Shown here piece by piece: positions 63,815 through 64,000 of a DNA stretch of 64,000 nt. The translations under genes and the position numbers were made by a program. The DNA comes from Lytechinus pictus (lineage: Eukaryota): the NCBI RefSeq assembly GCF_037042905.1, contig NC_087253.1:21018001-21082000 (forward strand), given 5' to 3'. The notes beneath the pieces are model-generated. The model was given only the letters and a program-made list of their open reading frames with translations. It had not been told where the DNA came from and made no database searches. Each line of letters starts with the position of its first letter. Positions within the stretch are counted from its first letter, which is position 1.

Positions 63815-64000
63815 GTATGGATTGCGTTTTGATACACACACTTCTTGTTCTACATGATCCTAATAGTGATAATAATAATTCAATATTTATATAGCGCCTA
63901 TTACAATTTATGTAAGCGTTTCACAGTACACAACCTAACTATTTAACATAATTAACTAAACTCAATTACTTATCAACTGAACTATACGATAAATGAATTA

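Overview
AT-rich, repeat-dense eukaryotic genomic DNA with spliced genes and three N-gaps. The repeat families and gene style suggest an echinoderm such as a sea urchin (inference). Three genes were assembled by hand from splice sites and reading-frame phase. (1) + strand prostaglandin reductase 1 (PTGR1/LTB4DH): 8 coding exons at 17294-63814, 292 codons, last exon beyond the window. (2) A complete 4-exon, 477-aa SLC16/MCT transporter nested antisense in the 23.4-kb intron 5 of PTGR1 (50260-39899). (3) At the left edge, a - strand helix-loop-helix gene whose HLH closely follows the pattern of vertebrate STRA8, the meiotic gatekeeper usually described as vertebrate-specific; this is the most notable observation. 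Introns hold decayed RTE, Crack/L2 and Tx1/L1 LINEs, a hAT transposase relic, tRNA-derived SINEs, Helentron-type elements and many MITEs. There is also a Penelope-type minimal hammerhead ribozyme and a dead tandem copy of part of PTGR1 exon 6. Family assignments come from motif recognition only; no database search was run.
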